This document shows positions 15,901-24,943 of a stretch of 32,000 bases of DNA, piece after piece. This DNA is from Candidatus Heimdallarchaeota archaeon (GTDB lineage: Archaea > Asgardarchaeota > Heimdallarchaeia > Heimdallarchaeales > Kariarchaeaceae). The notes under the pieces are model-generated. The model worked only from the letters and a program-made list of their open reading frames with translations. It did not search any database and was not told the origin of the DNA. The translations under genes and the position numbers were made by a program. Position 1 is the first letter of the stretch. Each line of letters begins with the position of its first letter. The stretch spans positions 480,001 to 512,000 of the forward strand of contig JASBSB010000006.1 of assembly GCA_030149205.1 (NCBI GenBank), given 5' to 3'.

Positions 15901-15984
15901 ATTTCTTCTAATTCTTATTTGTGGTGTTTGGGCAATTTAACAAAAACCATTAATAGATATAAATTAATTTAGATTGAAATTAAC

Positions 15985-16854
15985 TTGGATTCAGAGCACT
16001 TGTATAGTTTTCCCAAATTTAAGAATCTCCCAGTTTTTACTAATAAAATCTTAGGATTACTTCAGTCAAAAATTCAATCTAAAGCTAGTGGAACTGAGAG
16101 TTTTCTTGTCTCAACTGATTTGAATCTGACGTCTAACACATTGGTTAGTTTAGATTTTGAACGTAAAGAAATCACACTGTTAAACCAATCTTTTAAAATT
16201 CCTGCTTCCTTTGACCCAAAAGATAATGTATGTTATTTCTTACAAAATGGTTTTTTGCATAAACTCTCCTTCCATGATGTTACAACAGGATATAGTTACA
16301 CCTTGGCACCCACATCATTCAGACCAATATTGAGAGTTTCTGCAACACAGATGCATAAAAAACCGTTCCTGGATATGTTAGAAAATCAAAATTTTATTGG
16401 AAATGGATTGGATGGTGGCACAGGATTGGGGTACAGTGCAATTATCGCAGCAAATTCATCAAATTCATTAGAAACTGTTGAATGGGACAAAAATGTGATA
16501 GAAATAGCTTCATACAACCCACATTCCAGAGACCTATTTGAAAAAGAAAACATTAAATTCATTCATGCTGATCTAACAAAATATGTCGAAGAGATAGAAA
16601 ATGAGACATTTGATTTTATTATTCAAGATGGAGGTACCCCGAAAAGCTCAGGGTTATTCTTTTCACAGACGCATGCAGATCATCTATTTAGAATATTGAA
16701 AAATAATGGTCAATTATATTTCTATTTACCCAAAAAGGGGATAACAAAGGGAAGAGATTTTGGGTCTGAACAAATCAAACGGATGAAGAAAGCAGGATTC
16801 TCTGTAAAGACTCGAAATAAAATTGGTTCATATACAATATTCAAAAAGAACTAG
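15985..16854 (+). CDS. Archaeal SAM-dependent methyltransferase (COG2521-like)
   Basis: LDGGTGLGYSAI, TVEWD.NVIE.A.YNP.S..L, FD.IIQD, RILK..G.L.FY, R.KKAGF; TTG start. Confidence 0.8.
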   Translation: MDSEHLYSFPKFKNLPVFTNKILGLLQSKIQSKASGTESFLVSTDLNLTSNTLVSLDFERKEITLLNQSFKIPASFDPKDNVCYFLQNGFLHKLSFHDVTTGYSYTLAPTSFRPILRVSATQMHKKPFLDMLENQNFIGNGLDGGTGLGYSAIIAANSSNSLETVEWDKNVIEIASYNPHSRDLFEKENIKFIHADLTKYVEEIENETFDFIIQDGGTPKSSGLFFSQTHADHLFRILKNNGQLYFYLPKKGITKGRDFGSEQIKRMKKAGFSVKTRNKIGSYTIFKKN

Positions 16855-17008
16855 AAAGAGAAAACTATGGTTTTTCTCCACAACATTTAAATAAGTTTGT
16901 GTGCTATTATTTTATAACTGAGTTATTACTCATTTAATTATTAAATTAATAGGCTTTCATGTTATTCTAAAAATCTCGTACCTTAGTTTCGTTTTGTGTT
17001 ATAGCCTT

Positions 17009-17878
17009 TTAATTTATATTGACGACCAATTCACCACTATCATTGACAGATTGAACAATAGTCCCTCTCTCAACTAAACCAGAGATATAACCCTTTATTG
17101 TATGTTGAAGAAGGTAATATTGTGTGATTCCCCTAGATTTTATCGATTCTTTAAGATCTAGTTCCTTAAATATCAGGTCAACTAGATCATACTGCCTTAT
17201 TGACGGTTTGATTAGGCTTTCAATAATTTCAAAGGTTGAGATAAAATGCTCTTTTGTGACCTTCAAAAACTCTTGATCCTCTTCTAATCCTCCATGGGCA
17301 AGTACAAACCTGTTACCCTTTGTTTTCAATAACAAATCAACTGAGTTTATAGCCTCCAGGGGATTAGAAGCAAATAATATTTTATATTTTGAAAGTGTTG
17401 ATTCCTTAAACGCTGCATCACCAACAAATATTATATCTTCATATTTGTAAACTTGATGTCCAAGTGTGTGACCAGGAGTATGAATAACTTCAATTGAATT
17501 TGGTGGTAAGCTTAATCTTGTTTTTAATGAGACTGATTTTGCCATTAGGTGCTTGTTTCGAAGTTTCTTATGAGGGTAAAAACCTGTGATTGAAAGTGGC
17601 TCTAATAGGGTGTTTTCAATAAATGGAATCTCAATTTCATTACAAACAATTTTAACGTTTGAGTCTAAAATCGTCAACTTCGATAATCCACCAATATGGT
17701 CTGCATGATGATGCGTTATTAATGCATATTCAATTTCTCCAGAAAAATCCTTTTTGAGTTTGTTAATACTTGTATTATCTAAACCTGTGTCTACTATATA
17801 GTTTGAAGAATCTAAAATAACACCTAAGTTTACTGCCCCTTCTGTGTATCCTACGTTATCAGAAACCCACTTTATCAC
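17009..17878 (-). CDS. Metallo-beta-lactamase-fold hydrolase with C-terminal helical/wHTH-like region
   Basis: VDTG, THHHADHIGG, TPGHT.G, GDA, HG; GTG start. Confidence 0.88.
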   Translation of the reverse strand: MIKWVSDNVGYTEGAVNLGVILDSSNYIVDTGLDNTSINKLKKDFSGEIEYALITHHHADHIGGLSKLTILDSNVKIVCNEIEIPFIENTLLEPLSITGFYPHKKLRNKHLMAKSVSLKTRLSLPPNSIEVIHTPGHTLGHQVYKYEDIIFVGDAAFKESTLSKYKILFASNPLEAINSVDLLLKTKGNRFVLAHGGLEEDQEFLKVTKEHFISTFEIIESLIKPSIRQYDLVDLIFKELDLKESIKSRGITQYYLLQHTIKGYISGLVERGTIVQSVNDSGELVVNIN

Positions 17879-17928
17879 AGACTATTAAATACAAATATAC
17901 AATAAAGCTTTTGCATTTCTAGGTCGTT

Positions 17929-18579
17929 TTATGAGGTTTTCACAGATTTTTTCCAACCTACAAAGAAAATATCCACTAATCTTTCAATTGTTAGGCTATT
18001 TTCAGTGTTTTGGAGGATGTCCTCTGCTAGGGATATAGAACCATGAGTGAGAGCCCATAAGTGTTGTGAAAGAGTTTTAATTTTATCTTTTGTATATCTT
18101 GATTTAAATGATTTAAATGCAGAGAATACATATCCATTGAATATACTAAATAGTTGTAAAGGTGCAGTGGTACTTATTACGTTTTCATAGGAACTGGGAA
18201 AAATTAACTTGTAGATGAAAGGGTTCTGAACGGCATGATTATAATAAGTAACACATATTGTTTTTAAGGAATCAAACAGGTTTTGAGAAAGTTTGACATC
18301 ACTCAGTACCATTTCTAAACTTTCAAGTTCCTGTTCAACAATGGCTTGGAGAATGGCTTCTTTACTTTCATAATATGAATAAATTGAAGAGGCTGAAGTA
18401 TCTAAAGCCTTGGCAATATCCCTGATTTTTACCTCAGAATAACCCCCTTCTATTAGTAGCATTGTTGCTACACTTAATATGTGTTGTCTCCTCTCCTCCT
18501 TTTCCTTGGGGTTAACAAGCCTTCTTTTGATTCTTGGAAAGATTATTTCATTTTCTTTTACTTCTTTTTCTTCCACCAC
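17929..18579 (-). CDS. TetR/AcrR-family transcriptional regulator
   Basis: IL.VA..L..E.GY..V.IRDIA.AL..S.SSIY.YY.SKEAIL; C-terminal LWA.THG. Confidence 0.92.
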   Translation of the reverse strand: MVEEKEVKENEIIFPRIKRRLVNPKEKEERRQHILSVATMLLIEGGYSEVKIRDIAKALDTSASSIYSYYESKEAILQAIVEQELESLEMVLSDVKLSQNLFDSLKTICVTYYNHAVQNPFIYKLIFPSSYENVISTTAPLQLFSIFNGYVFSAFKSFKSRYTKDKIKTLSQHLWALTHGSISLAEDILQNTENSLTIERLVDIFFVGWKKSVKTS

Positions 18580-18616
18580 GAATCAAATCCACAAGAATAT
18601 TATAACTGTAAAGTAT

Positions 18617-18733
18617 TTATTGGTTACTAATGTCTGCATCTTCCATATTGAAGAAATGATAAGCCAATATTAACCCAACCGTCACTACACCAACAGTCAT
18701 TGAGATGAATTTTACTGCTAAAAAATCGATCAC
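18617..18733 (-). CDS. Putative 38-aa single-pass membrane peptide (not in ORF track)
   Basis: GTG start; (M)IDFLAVKFISMTVGVVTVGLILAYHFFNMEDADISNQ; TTTAAA about 25 nt upstream; co-oriented with both neighbours. Confidence 0.5.
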   Translation of the reverse strand: MIDFLAVKFISMTVGVVTVGLILAYHFFNMEDADISNQ

Positions 18734-18827
18734 AATTTTAAATTTATTCTTAGGCTTTAAAGATTCTTCTTTGTTCTCTTATTGTAAAATAGAAATTTTG
18801 ATTATTTTGAATTATGATTCCACCAAT

Positions 18828-19217
18828 CTATTCTGAAGATTTCCAAATTAACCTTGCTGCATTCTTAACCTCAGGATCAAAGGTTGCAGAAACTTTCATT
18901 TTATATTTTAACTCATTCGCAGGGATGTCAACCAAACCTGTTAACCTTTCCCCGTTTTCAAGCTCTACAATTCCGACAATATATGGGGCCCTATCTTCGT
19001 ATGTTGGTGGACCCACAAAAATTACAGTCCATGTTATTAATTCTCCATTTGGATCAACTTCAACAATTTCAATATCACTTGAACCGCATTTTCTGCAAAT
19101 TGGTCGAGGTGGAACAGCAACATGTTTGCATTCCAAACACTTAGTGCCCACAATTTTGTCTTCATTTATTGCTTTTTCATATGCTTCAACAACATGTTCT
19201 ATCTGTATTTTAGTCAC
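18828..19217 (-). CDS. DUF35-family Zn-ribbon/OB-fold protein (thiolase partner)
   Basis: KCLECK...PPR..C.KC, G.L.TWT.I...P, PY.VGIVEL. GTG at 19217 overlaps the thiolase stop (GTGACTAA). Confidence 0.92.
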   Translation of the reverse strand: MTKIQIEHVVEAYEKAINEDKIVGTKCLECKHVAVPPRPICRKCGSSDIEIVEVDPNGELITWTVIFVGPPTYEDRAPYIVGIVELENGERLTGLVDIPANELKYKMKVSATFDPEVKNAARLIWKSSE

Positions 19218-20373
19218 CTCTCTCCAAAATATGACAGACAATGGTTGACCCACTTCCACCAAGGTTTTGAGTCATACCTATGTTTACATCTGGTACTTGA
19301 CGTGGTCCTGCTCTATCTCTAAGCTGGTTTGTGATTTCCACAACTTGAGCAACACCAGAGGCACCAATAGGGTGACCTTTAGCCTTTAAACCACCTGAGA
19401 CATTTACAGGTATTTGTCCATCTCGAGCTGTGACACCATCAAGTGTTACCTTACCACCTTCTCCCTTCTTAAAGAATCCCATGTCTTCAATCGCCATTAT
19501 TTCAGCTATCGTGAAACAGTCATGTACCTCAACAATATCAATATCTTTTGGTTGAAGTTGAGCTCTTTCAAAGGCATTTCGAGCAGCAATTTGAGTGGTT
19601 TTGAATCCTGTTAGAACAGGTCTGTCATGTAAAGACATTGTATCACTAGCTTGTGCAAATGATCTGACCTTGACGGCAGGGCCTTCGTACTTATGTCGAT
19701 CTTCCCAGGGAACAACTACCACGGCAGCAGCCCCATCAGTAATAGGGGAGCAGTCATAAAGAGTCAAAGGGTCTGCTACCATAATAGAGTTTACTACCTT
19801 CTCAATTGTAATTTCTTTGTGAAATTGAGCGTTGGGGTTATCCATTGCATTCTTGTGATTCTTTACCGCAACTGCTGCACGCATCTCTGGAGTCGTCCCA
19901 TATTCCATCTCATGTGCTCGTGCCATCATTGCAAATGCCCCTGGAAAGGTAACACCTAAAGAAACCTCATATATGTCATCAGCACACATACTTAACGCCT
20001 CAGTAACATGAGCTGTTGGTAAATTTGTCATCTTCTCAGCTCCAGTTGCCAGAACAACATCATAAAAACCTCCAGCTACAGCCATTATAGAATGCATAAC
20101 AGAAAGCCCTCCTGAGGCACATGCTGCCTCAACTCGGGTTGAAGGGGTATTTTCTAACCCAAGATAATCAGGAATTCCAGGTGCTGCATGCATTTGATGC
20201 TCAAATATATCTCCTGATAATTCTCCCAAGTATACTGCGTCTATATCTCCTCTTTCCACTCCAGCGTCATTCATTGCTTCTAAAGCGGCAGAGGTTACTA
20301 ACTCACGTGAGGTTACTCGTCCTAGGTTACCAAATTTGGTCATCCCAGTGCCGATTATGGCCACATCTCTCAT
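19210..20373 (-). CDS. Thiolase, archaeal/SCP2-type acetyl-CoA acetyltransferase
   Basis: EAACASG, EVHDCF, GGLKAKGHPIGASG, QNLGG. ATG at 20373 has an upstream GAGGTG Shine-Dalgarno. Confidence 0.93.
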   Translation of the reverse strand: MRDVAIIGTGMTKFGNLGRVTSRELVTSAALEAMNDAGVERGDIDAVYLGELSGDIFEHQMHAAPGIPDYLGLENTPSTRVEAACASGGLSVMHSIMAVAGGFYDVVLATGAEKMTNLPTAHVTEALSMCADDIYEVSLGVTFPGAFAMMARAHEMEYGTTPEMRAAVAVKNHKNAMDNPNAQFHKEITIEKVVNSIMVADPLTLYDCSPITDGAAAVVVVPWEDRHKYEGPAVKVRSFAQASDTMSLHDRPVLTGFKTTQIAARNAFERAQLQPKDIDIVEVHDCFTIAEIMAIEDMGFFKKGEGGKVTLDGVTARDGQIPVNVSGGLKAKGHPIGASGVAQVVEITNQLRDRAGPRQVPDVNIGMTQNLGGSGSTIVCHILERGD

Positions 20374-20594
20374 TCTAAACCAAAGCACCTCTTCATAACA
20401 ACTAAGTGTTTTATGTGCATATAACTCTGTGGTAAGAGTATTACCTTTATCGCCATTTTTTTGTTACAGAAAATACACGGACAAACTGGTTAATAAACCT
20501 CAACTATTAGAAACAGAAATTGAGGTCTTTTTGAAAGGTTTGTGGGTAAAGGATACTATAAATTAAAATAGTTGGATTAAAACTAAAAGAGTAA

Positions 20595-21053
20595 ATGAAT
20601 CTTTCAGAAATAAGATCGAGACTTGACAGACACAAAGTGGTTAATTTATCTTATCAATATCACTCAGAACCTTATGCATGTGCTGTTTGGTTTGCCTTAT
20701 ATGAGGATAATGAACTGATTTATATCTCAGATCAAAATACTTTTCATTCAAATTGTTTACTAACTGATGGAAGAGTTGCATTTACAGTGAATAAAGATGA
20801 TCAGTCCTGGGAGTCCATTATAGGATTTCAAGGAAAGGGAATTGTTCATTTAATTGATGATAAAAAACAGATAAACTCGGTGAAGAAGGTTTATTTAAAC
20901 AAATTTCAGTATATTAAAAGTTCTAAGGAACTTTTGGAGAGATTAAACAACATTGATTTTTGGTCAGTGAAAATTTCTTGGCTGCGAATTATTGACAACA
21001 GTGTTAGGTTTGGCTGGAAAAAAGAATTTATTGGTAATTTTGAAGAGATTTAA
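20595..21053 (+). CDS. Pyridoxamine 5'-phosphate oxidase-like FMN-binding split-barrel protein (YhbP/UPF0306-like)
   Basis: P.A.AV.FA, S...T.HS.N...D.RVA.TV, W..I.G.Q..G, W.R.IDN..FG.K.E. Confidence 0.8.
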   Translation: MNLSEIRSRLDRHKVVNLSYQYHSEPYACAVWFALYEDNELIYISDQNTFHSNCLLTDGRVAFTVNKDDQSWESIIGFQGKGIVHLIDDKKQINSVKKVYLNKFQYIKSSKELLERLNNIDFWSVKISWLRIIDNSVRFGWKKEFIGNFEEI

Positions 21054-21519
21054 TTCTCTCATGAAGTTTTTTTGTCAATTTAGACTCTACTTTAGACCTT
21101 AAGTCAGTTAATGTGCTCAAATCTGATATTTGTCTAATGGCGTAGGTTCGAACCTGTTCATCTAGTCCTCTATCCATCACAATATGTGAGAGAATATCAC
21201 AACTATAGATATTTGAAACAGCTTCCTTTTGAACCCAAGACTGATCATCATTTTTAACAATGTTTGCTAAGAATTTTTCATCAGATAATTTACTTACTGC
21301 CTCAAATCTCACTTGCCAATAATCATCACTTGTTGCAATCTTTCGAAGTAATTTTTCTTCTGAAATTTTTGAGGTCGCTTCTCTCCTAACCTCCCAAAAT
21401 TCATCCTTAAGTGCAATTTTACGTAGTTGAGACTTATTGTTCAAGTTTTTAACTAGTTCCTTCCTCTCAGAAAGAGATTCAGGCATATCAGTTTTTCCAG
21501 CAGAACTCGTAGTCGCCAT
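21028..21519 (-). CDS. HEAT-like helical repeat protein (four approximately 26-aa repeats)
   Basis: Repeated L..I...D..W.VR.EA..K[IL]SDE; convergent 26-bp overlap with the neighbouring gene. Confidence 0.8.
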   Translation of the reverse strand: MATTSSAGKTDMPESLSERKELVKNLNNKSQLRKIALKDEFWEVRREATSKISEEKLLRKIATSDDYWQVRFEAVSKLSDEKFLANIVKNDDQSWVQKEAVSNIYSCDILSHIVMDRGLDEQVRTYAIRQISDLSTLTDLRSKVESKLTKKLHERIKSLQNYQ

Positions 21520-21657
21520 TTATAATTTACATTATACAGAGTTAATAAAAATTTTTTCATTAAATGATTTATTTATCAAATACACAATTCATATAATACG
21601 ATTAGTAATAAATGTAAATTAATTGCATTTTACCGACATCGTGAAAAACTCAAGATG

Positions 21658-22380
21658 CTATCTACCTAATACTCCAACTAAATATAATGCAACTCCCCAA
21701 GGGATGATTAGATTGTCAAAAAATTTGAGGGAAACAGCCTCAAGTACCATCGCAATAAAACTTGATATAGTAAGATACCAGATAACCTTTGCTGAAATTA
21801 CATCAAAAAAACTAAAAATCAAAACCCCAGAAATGAATGACGCAGTTAAAACTGTCACTGAGCCTTCAATTGTTTTTTTTGTGAATATTCTGTATTGAAT
21901 CTTACCGTATCTTCTCCCAATAAGCTCTGCTAAACCATCACCAAATGCCAAAGCAGCAACAGATGTAAGATAGATAGCTCTAAAATATTGTGGGAAATTT
22001 TGAAGGTAATAGAAAAGACCGACAATAGCCAAAAATGTGGATAGAAAATTGACAAAAGTCTCCATCCAGTTTTCTCCATCCCGTGTAGTCATTTTTGCGG
22101 TGGTAATAATGAAGTTTAAAGGAGTAAAAGAAAGAGCTAAGGCAATAACACCGATTAATAGGGCTACAAAAATTATCGCTTCAATTTTAAACAATAAAAG
22201 AGAATACAAACCAACAGACATGATACCTATCACATGAATGAATTTACGGATAAACCACCTTTCATAATTTTTAGCTTTTAACCAATAAGCAACTGCAAAA
22301 ACAGAATAGGGTAAAATTGACAAAAGAATATAGTAGATAATTTGAACTGTTGTGAATCCAAACCATTCTACCATATGCAT
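21658..22380 (-). CDS. Polyprenol/phytol/dolichol kinase family membrane protein (COG0170)
   Basis: RK.IH, A.GDG.A.LIG.RYGK, KT.EGS, DNL.IP; multi-pass TM. Start could be 22380, 22374 or 22434. Confidence 0.88.
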   Translation of the reverse strand: MHMVEWFGFTTVQIIYYILLSILPYSVFAVAYWLKAKNYERWFIRKFIHVIGIMSVGLYSLLLFKIEAIIFVALLIGVIALALSFTPLNFIITTAKMTTRDGENWMETFVNFLSTFLAIVGLFYYLQNFPQYFRAIYLTSVAALAFGDGLAELIGRRYGKIQYRIFTKKTIEGSVTVLTASFISGVLIFSFFDVISAKVIWYLTISSFIAMVLEAVSLKFFDNLIIPWGVALYLVGVLGR

Positions 22381-22547
22381 AATTTTGTATGTTAAATTAA
22401 AACTCTTCTTGTTTGATGGATTTGAAATTAGCATTGTTTTGTTATAATTTAAAATAAATGGATATTTGGGGATTATTTAAGATAGAATAGCGAAACCACA
22501 CAATCTGAAGAACAAAGAATTTTTATTTTAAATGTTCCAAAATACAC

Positions 22548-22868
22548 ATGGTTCAAGATACGAATCGATTTATCGTTCAAACCATGATGGATTTAATTGA
22601 GGTTGCAGCAAATGATGGTATCATTAGCCAAGATGAGGAAACCCTGTTAAAGGAGATTAATTACTCGTTGGACCTCTTTTCAAAACACTTAGACAATGCT
22701 TTGAGTGATGGTGTTATTACGGATGACGAACGTGAAGAACTCTTAAAACTTAAAGAGGTCTTGGTTAATAATGCGTTATCAATTGCAAGTGATGATCACA
22801 TTATTAGTGATGATGAAATGCAATTACTTATGGGTTTTTTACTCAAATTGAAGATTCCAAAACAATGA
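22548..22868 (+). CDS. Small acidic helical protein with three D-G-x-I-[ST]-x-D-E motifs (TerB-like / half EF-hand)
   Basis: NDGIISQDE, SDGVITDDE, DDHIISDDE. Confidence 0.75.
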   Translation: MVQDTNRFIVQTMMDLIEVAANDGIISQDEETLLKEINYSLDLFSKHLDNALSDGVITDDEREELLKLKEVLVNNALSIASDDHIISDDEMQLLMGFLLKLKIPKQ

Positions 22869-22929
22869 AATTCTGTATTATCGGCAATATTAAAGAACAA
22901 TTAAATAGCTGAATGATCAAGGATAAAGT

Positions 22930-23568
22930 ATGGTTGATGATTCTGTCCTTAGTGAGGAAGCAGGATATATCTATTCAAATTCCACTGGATTTGAACCAGT
23001 TAAAGGGAATTTATTAAGATGGGAAGGGATCCTTTCTGATTCTACTGGAACTTTGGTAAAAGTTTATGTTGACATACCTGATAACTTTCCAGATATTCCT
23101 CCAAGTATAACTATTGACCCATCTTATTCAACTCCAATAACTGACGCACAAGGAAAGCTATACACGAGAAGTATGAGAAGATGGAGACGAGGAATGCATG
23201 TACATCAAATATTAAAGGAGGTTGAGCTCCTGTTAAAACAGGTTAAAACCACAGGAAATGAAGAAACACAAAAATATCAAAATGCAATTCTATCGCATGA
23301 AAATTCACTTCAACGTCAAATAAACCAACTCAAAGAAAGAATTCAAACTAAACAGGTTGAGTTATCTTCTATCAAATCAAATTCACAACCTGTAACTCAG
23401 TTGACATCTGATGTCCTAAAACAATCTATGTCTGAAATTGAGGCAGAACTGTTTAGTTTGGAAGACGAATATGACAAAATCGAAATTTCTGATACTGAGT
23501 TTGCAAGAAAATTCGTAAGGCTCCGTAAAAAATATTACCTAATTGAAAGTGCAGTTACCTCAAGATAG
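22930..23568 (+). CDS. UEV (inactive E2-like) / coiled-coil / steadiness-box protein, TSG101/Vps23-Vps37-like (ESCRT-I)
   Basis: UBC-fold pattern W.G, IP..FP..PP, DAQGKLY, W...H..QIL..V..LL; no Cys in the protein; coiled coil; C-terminal L.DEY....IS..EF..KF..LRKKYY. Confidence 0.72.
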   Translation: MVDDSVLSEEAGYIYSNSTGFEPVKGNLLRWEGILSDSTGTLVKVYVDIPDNFPDIPPSITIDPSYSTPITDAQGKLYTRSMRRWRRGMHVHQILKEVELLLKQVKTTGNEETQKYQNAILSHENSLQRQINQLKERIQTKQVELSSIKSNSQPVTQLTSDVLKQSMSEIEAELFSLEDEYDKIEISDTEFARKFVRLRKKYYLIESAVTSR

Positions 23569-23677
23569 AGACCGAGATTAGAATTCAAAGAAATAAGATT
23601 TGATCTTCATAAGATGTGTCATCTTAGATAATATTAAAAAAACTTAACTTCTTCTCTTCTTATATAGGTCGAAAATT

Positions 23678-24121
23678 ATGGGTAGAAGCAAAAGTCCTAA
23701 TGGTGAATTCGCAGCAAGAAAGCTCATCAGGAAAAGAAAACACTTTCGATGGAAAGATATCTATTACAAAAGAAGAAAACTAGGGTTAAACAAAAAATCA
23801 GATCCATTAGAGGGTGCTCCCCAAGCAAGAGGTATTGTTCTCGACAAGTATGGAATTGGATCCAAACAACCGAACTCCGCTCTCAGAAAATGTGTAAGGG
23901 TTCAACTGATAAAGAATGGTAAACAAGTCGGAGCTTATGTCCCTCACGATGGAGGACTTTTGTACATTAATGTTCATGACCAGGTAACAATTCATAATAT
24001 TGGAGGAGCTCAGAAAGGGGCAAAAGGGGATATTCCAGGTATTAAATATTCTGTTCTCAAAGTAAATGGTGTTGCACTTTCACAGTTGGTAACAGGTAGA
24101 AAAGAAAAAGGTACAAGATAA
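23678..24121 (+). CDS. rps12: 30S ribosomal protein uS12 (archaeal S12 / eukaryotic S23 type)
   Basis: [37 protein letters not shown]. Confidence 0.97.
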   Translation: MGRSKSPNGEFAARKLIRKRKHFRWKDIYYKRRKLGLNKKSDPLEGAPQARGIVLDKYGIGSKQPNSALRKCVRVQLIKNGKQVGAYVPHDGGLLYINVHDQVTIHNIGGAQKGAKGDIPGIKYSVLKVNGVALSQLVTGRKEKGTR

Positions 24122-24260
24122 ATTTTACCCTTGGGTATCACCTAAAATTATTACACTCCTACGTGTTCTTTAACTCAATTTACATGATTTTGGATTCAAA
24201 TTAAAATTCAATAACATGACTTATCCTAGATTTTAGGCAAATTGATTATAATTACATTAC

Positions 24261-24866
24261 GTGATGAAAAAAATTATATTGGATACTATTATGCACACAC
24301 CTATGAATAATCTAAATGAAACTAAAGATCCTTCTGTTATTATTTACAACCTTAAAGTGATGTATTTTGTTTTTTTGGGGAGCTCTCTCCTTTACCCTTT
24401 GTTAATCCTATTAATTCAATTAACAGGTGGATTTGGAACACCCCAGAAACCCTCTACTATTCCAATTCAATTGCTTCTTATCGTTTTCTATGGTGTAAGT
24501 GTTGTTTCGATTGGGGTAATCTATGCGTTTCTTATACCAAAAATTAATGAGCAGGTTAACAACTTGTTATCTTTTACAAATGATTTGTATAAATATCCCG
24601 ATGAGGCTATTGATACAATAACCAAACAAATTTATCAACAGTTTGGTTATTTTGTTATAATTATTGTACTTGCAGAATCGATTGGTATCTATGGTCTTGT
24701 TATTGGTCTTCTTGAAATGATTTATATCAGTGGAACTGTGCAATGGTTGGAAATATCACCCTTTTTTATTGGGTCATTTGTTGTAATCGTTGATGTCTAC
24801 ATGCGGTATTTCAATCCATCATTTGATAAATTAAAATCAAAAGTTAATGAATTTGCTTCTTATTGA
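24261..24866 (+). CDS. Four-TM membrane protein with an ATP-synthase c-subunit-like helix
   Basis: Four hydrophobic segments, including LAESIGIYGLVIGLL. Start uncertain (24261-24303). Confidence 0.7.
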   Translation: MMKKIILDTIMHTPMNNLNETKDPSVIIYNLKVMYFVFLGSSLLYPLLILLIQLTGGFGTPQKPSTIPIQLLLIVFYGVSVVSIGVIYAFLIPKINEQVNNLLSFTNDLYKYPDEAIDTITKQIYQQFGYFVIIIVLAESIGIYGLVIGLLEMIYISGTVQWLEISPFFIGSFVVIVDVYMRYFNPSFDKLKSKVNEFASY

Positions 24867-24943
24867 ATGTAGGATTGTAAATGATACTGAAAACAATTTT
24901 GTAAATTTATAGGATAGTTTCAAGGATGAAAAATTACGTGTTT

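Noticed and set aside
20370-20456. 28-codon uORF overlapping the thiolase start (ATGA)
   Set aside because: No recognisable composition or SD; the thiolase has its own SD; such ORFs are expected by chance.
22930-23568. Active ubiquitin-conjugating enzyme E2
   Set aside because: There is no HPN motif and no cysteine anywhere in the protein.
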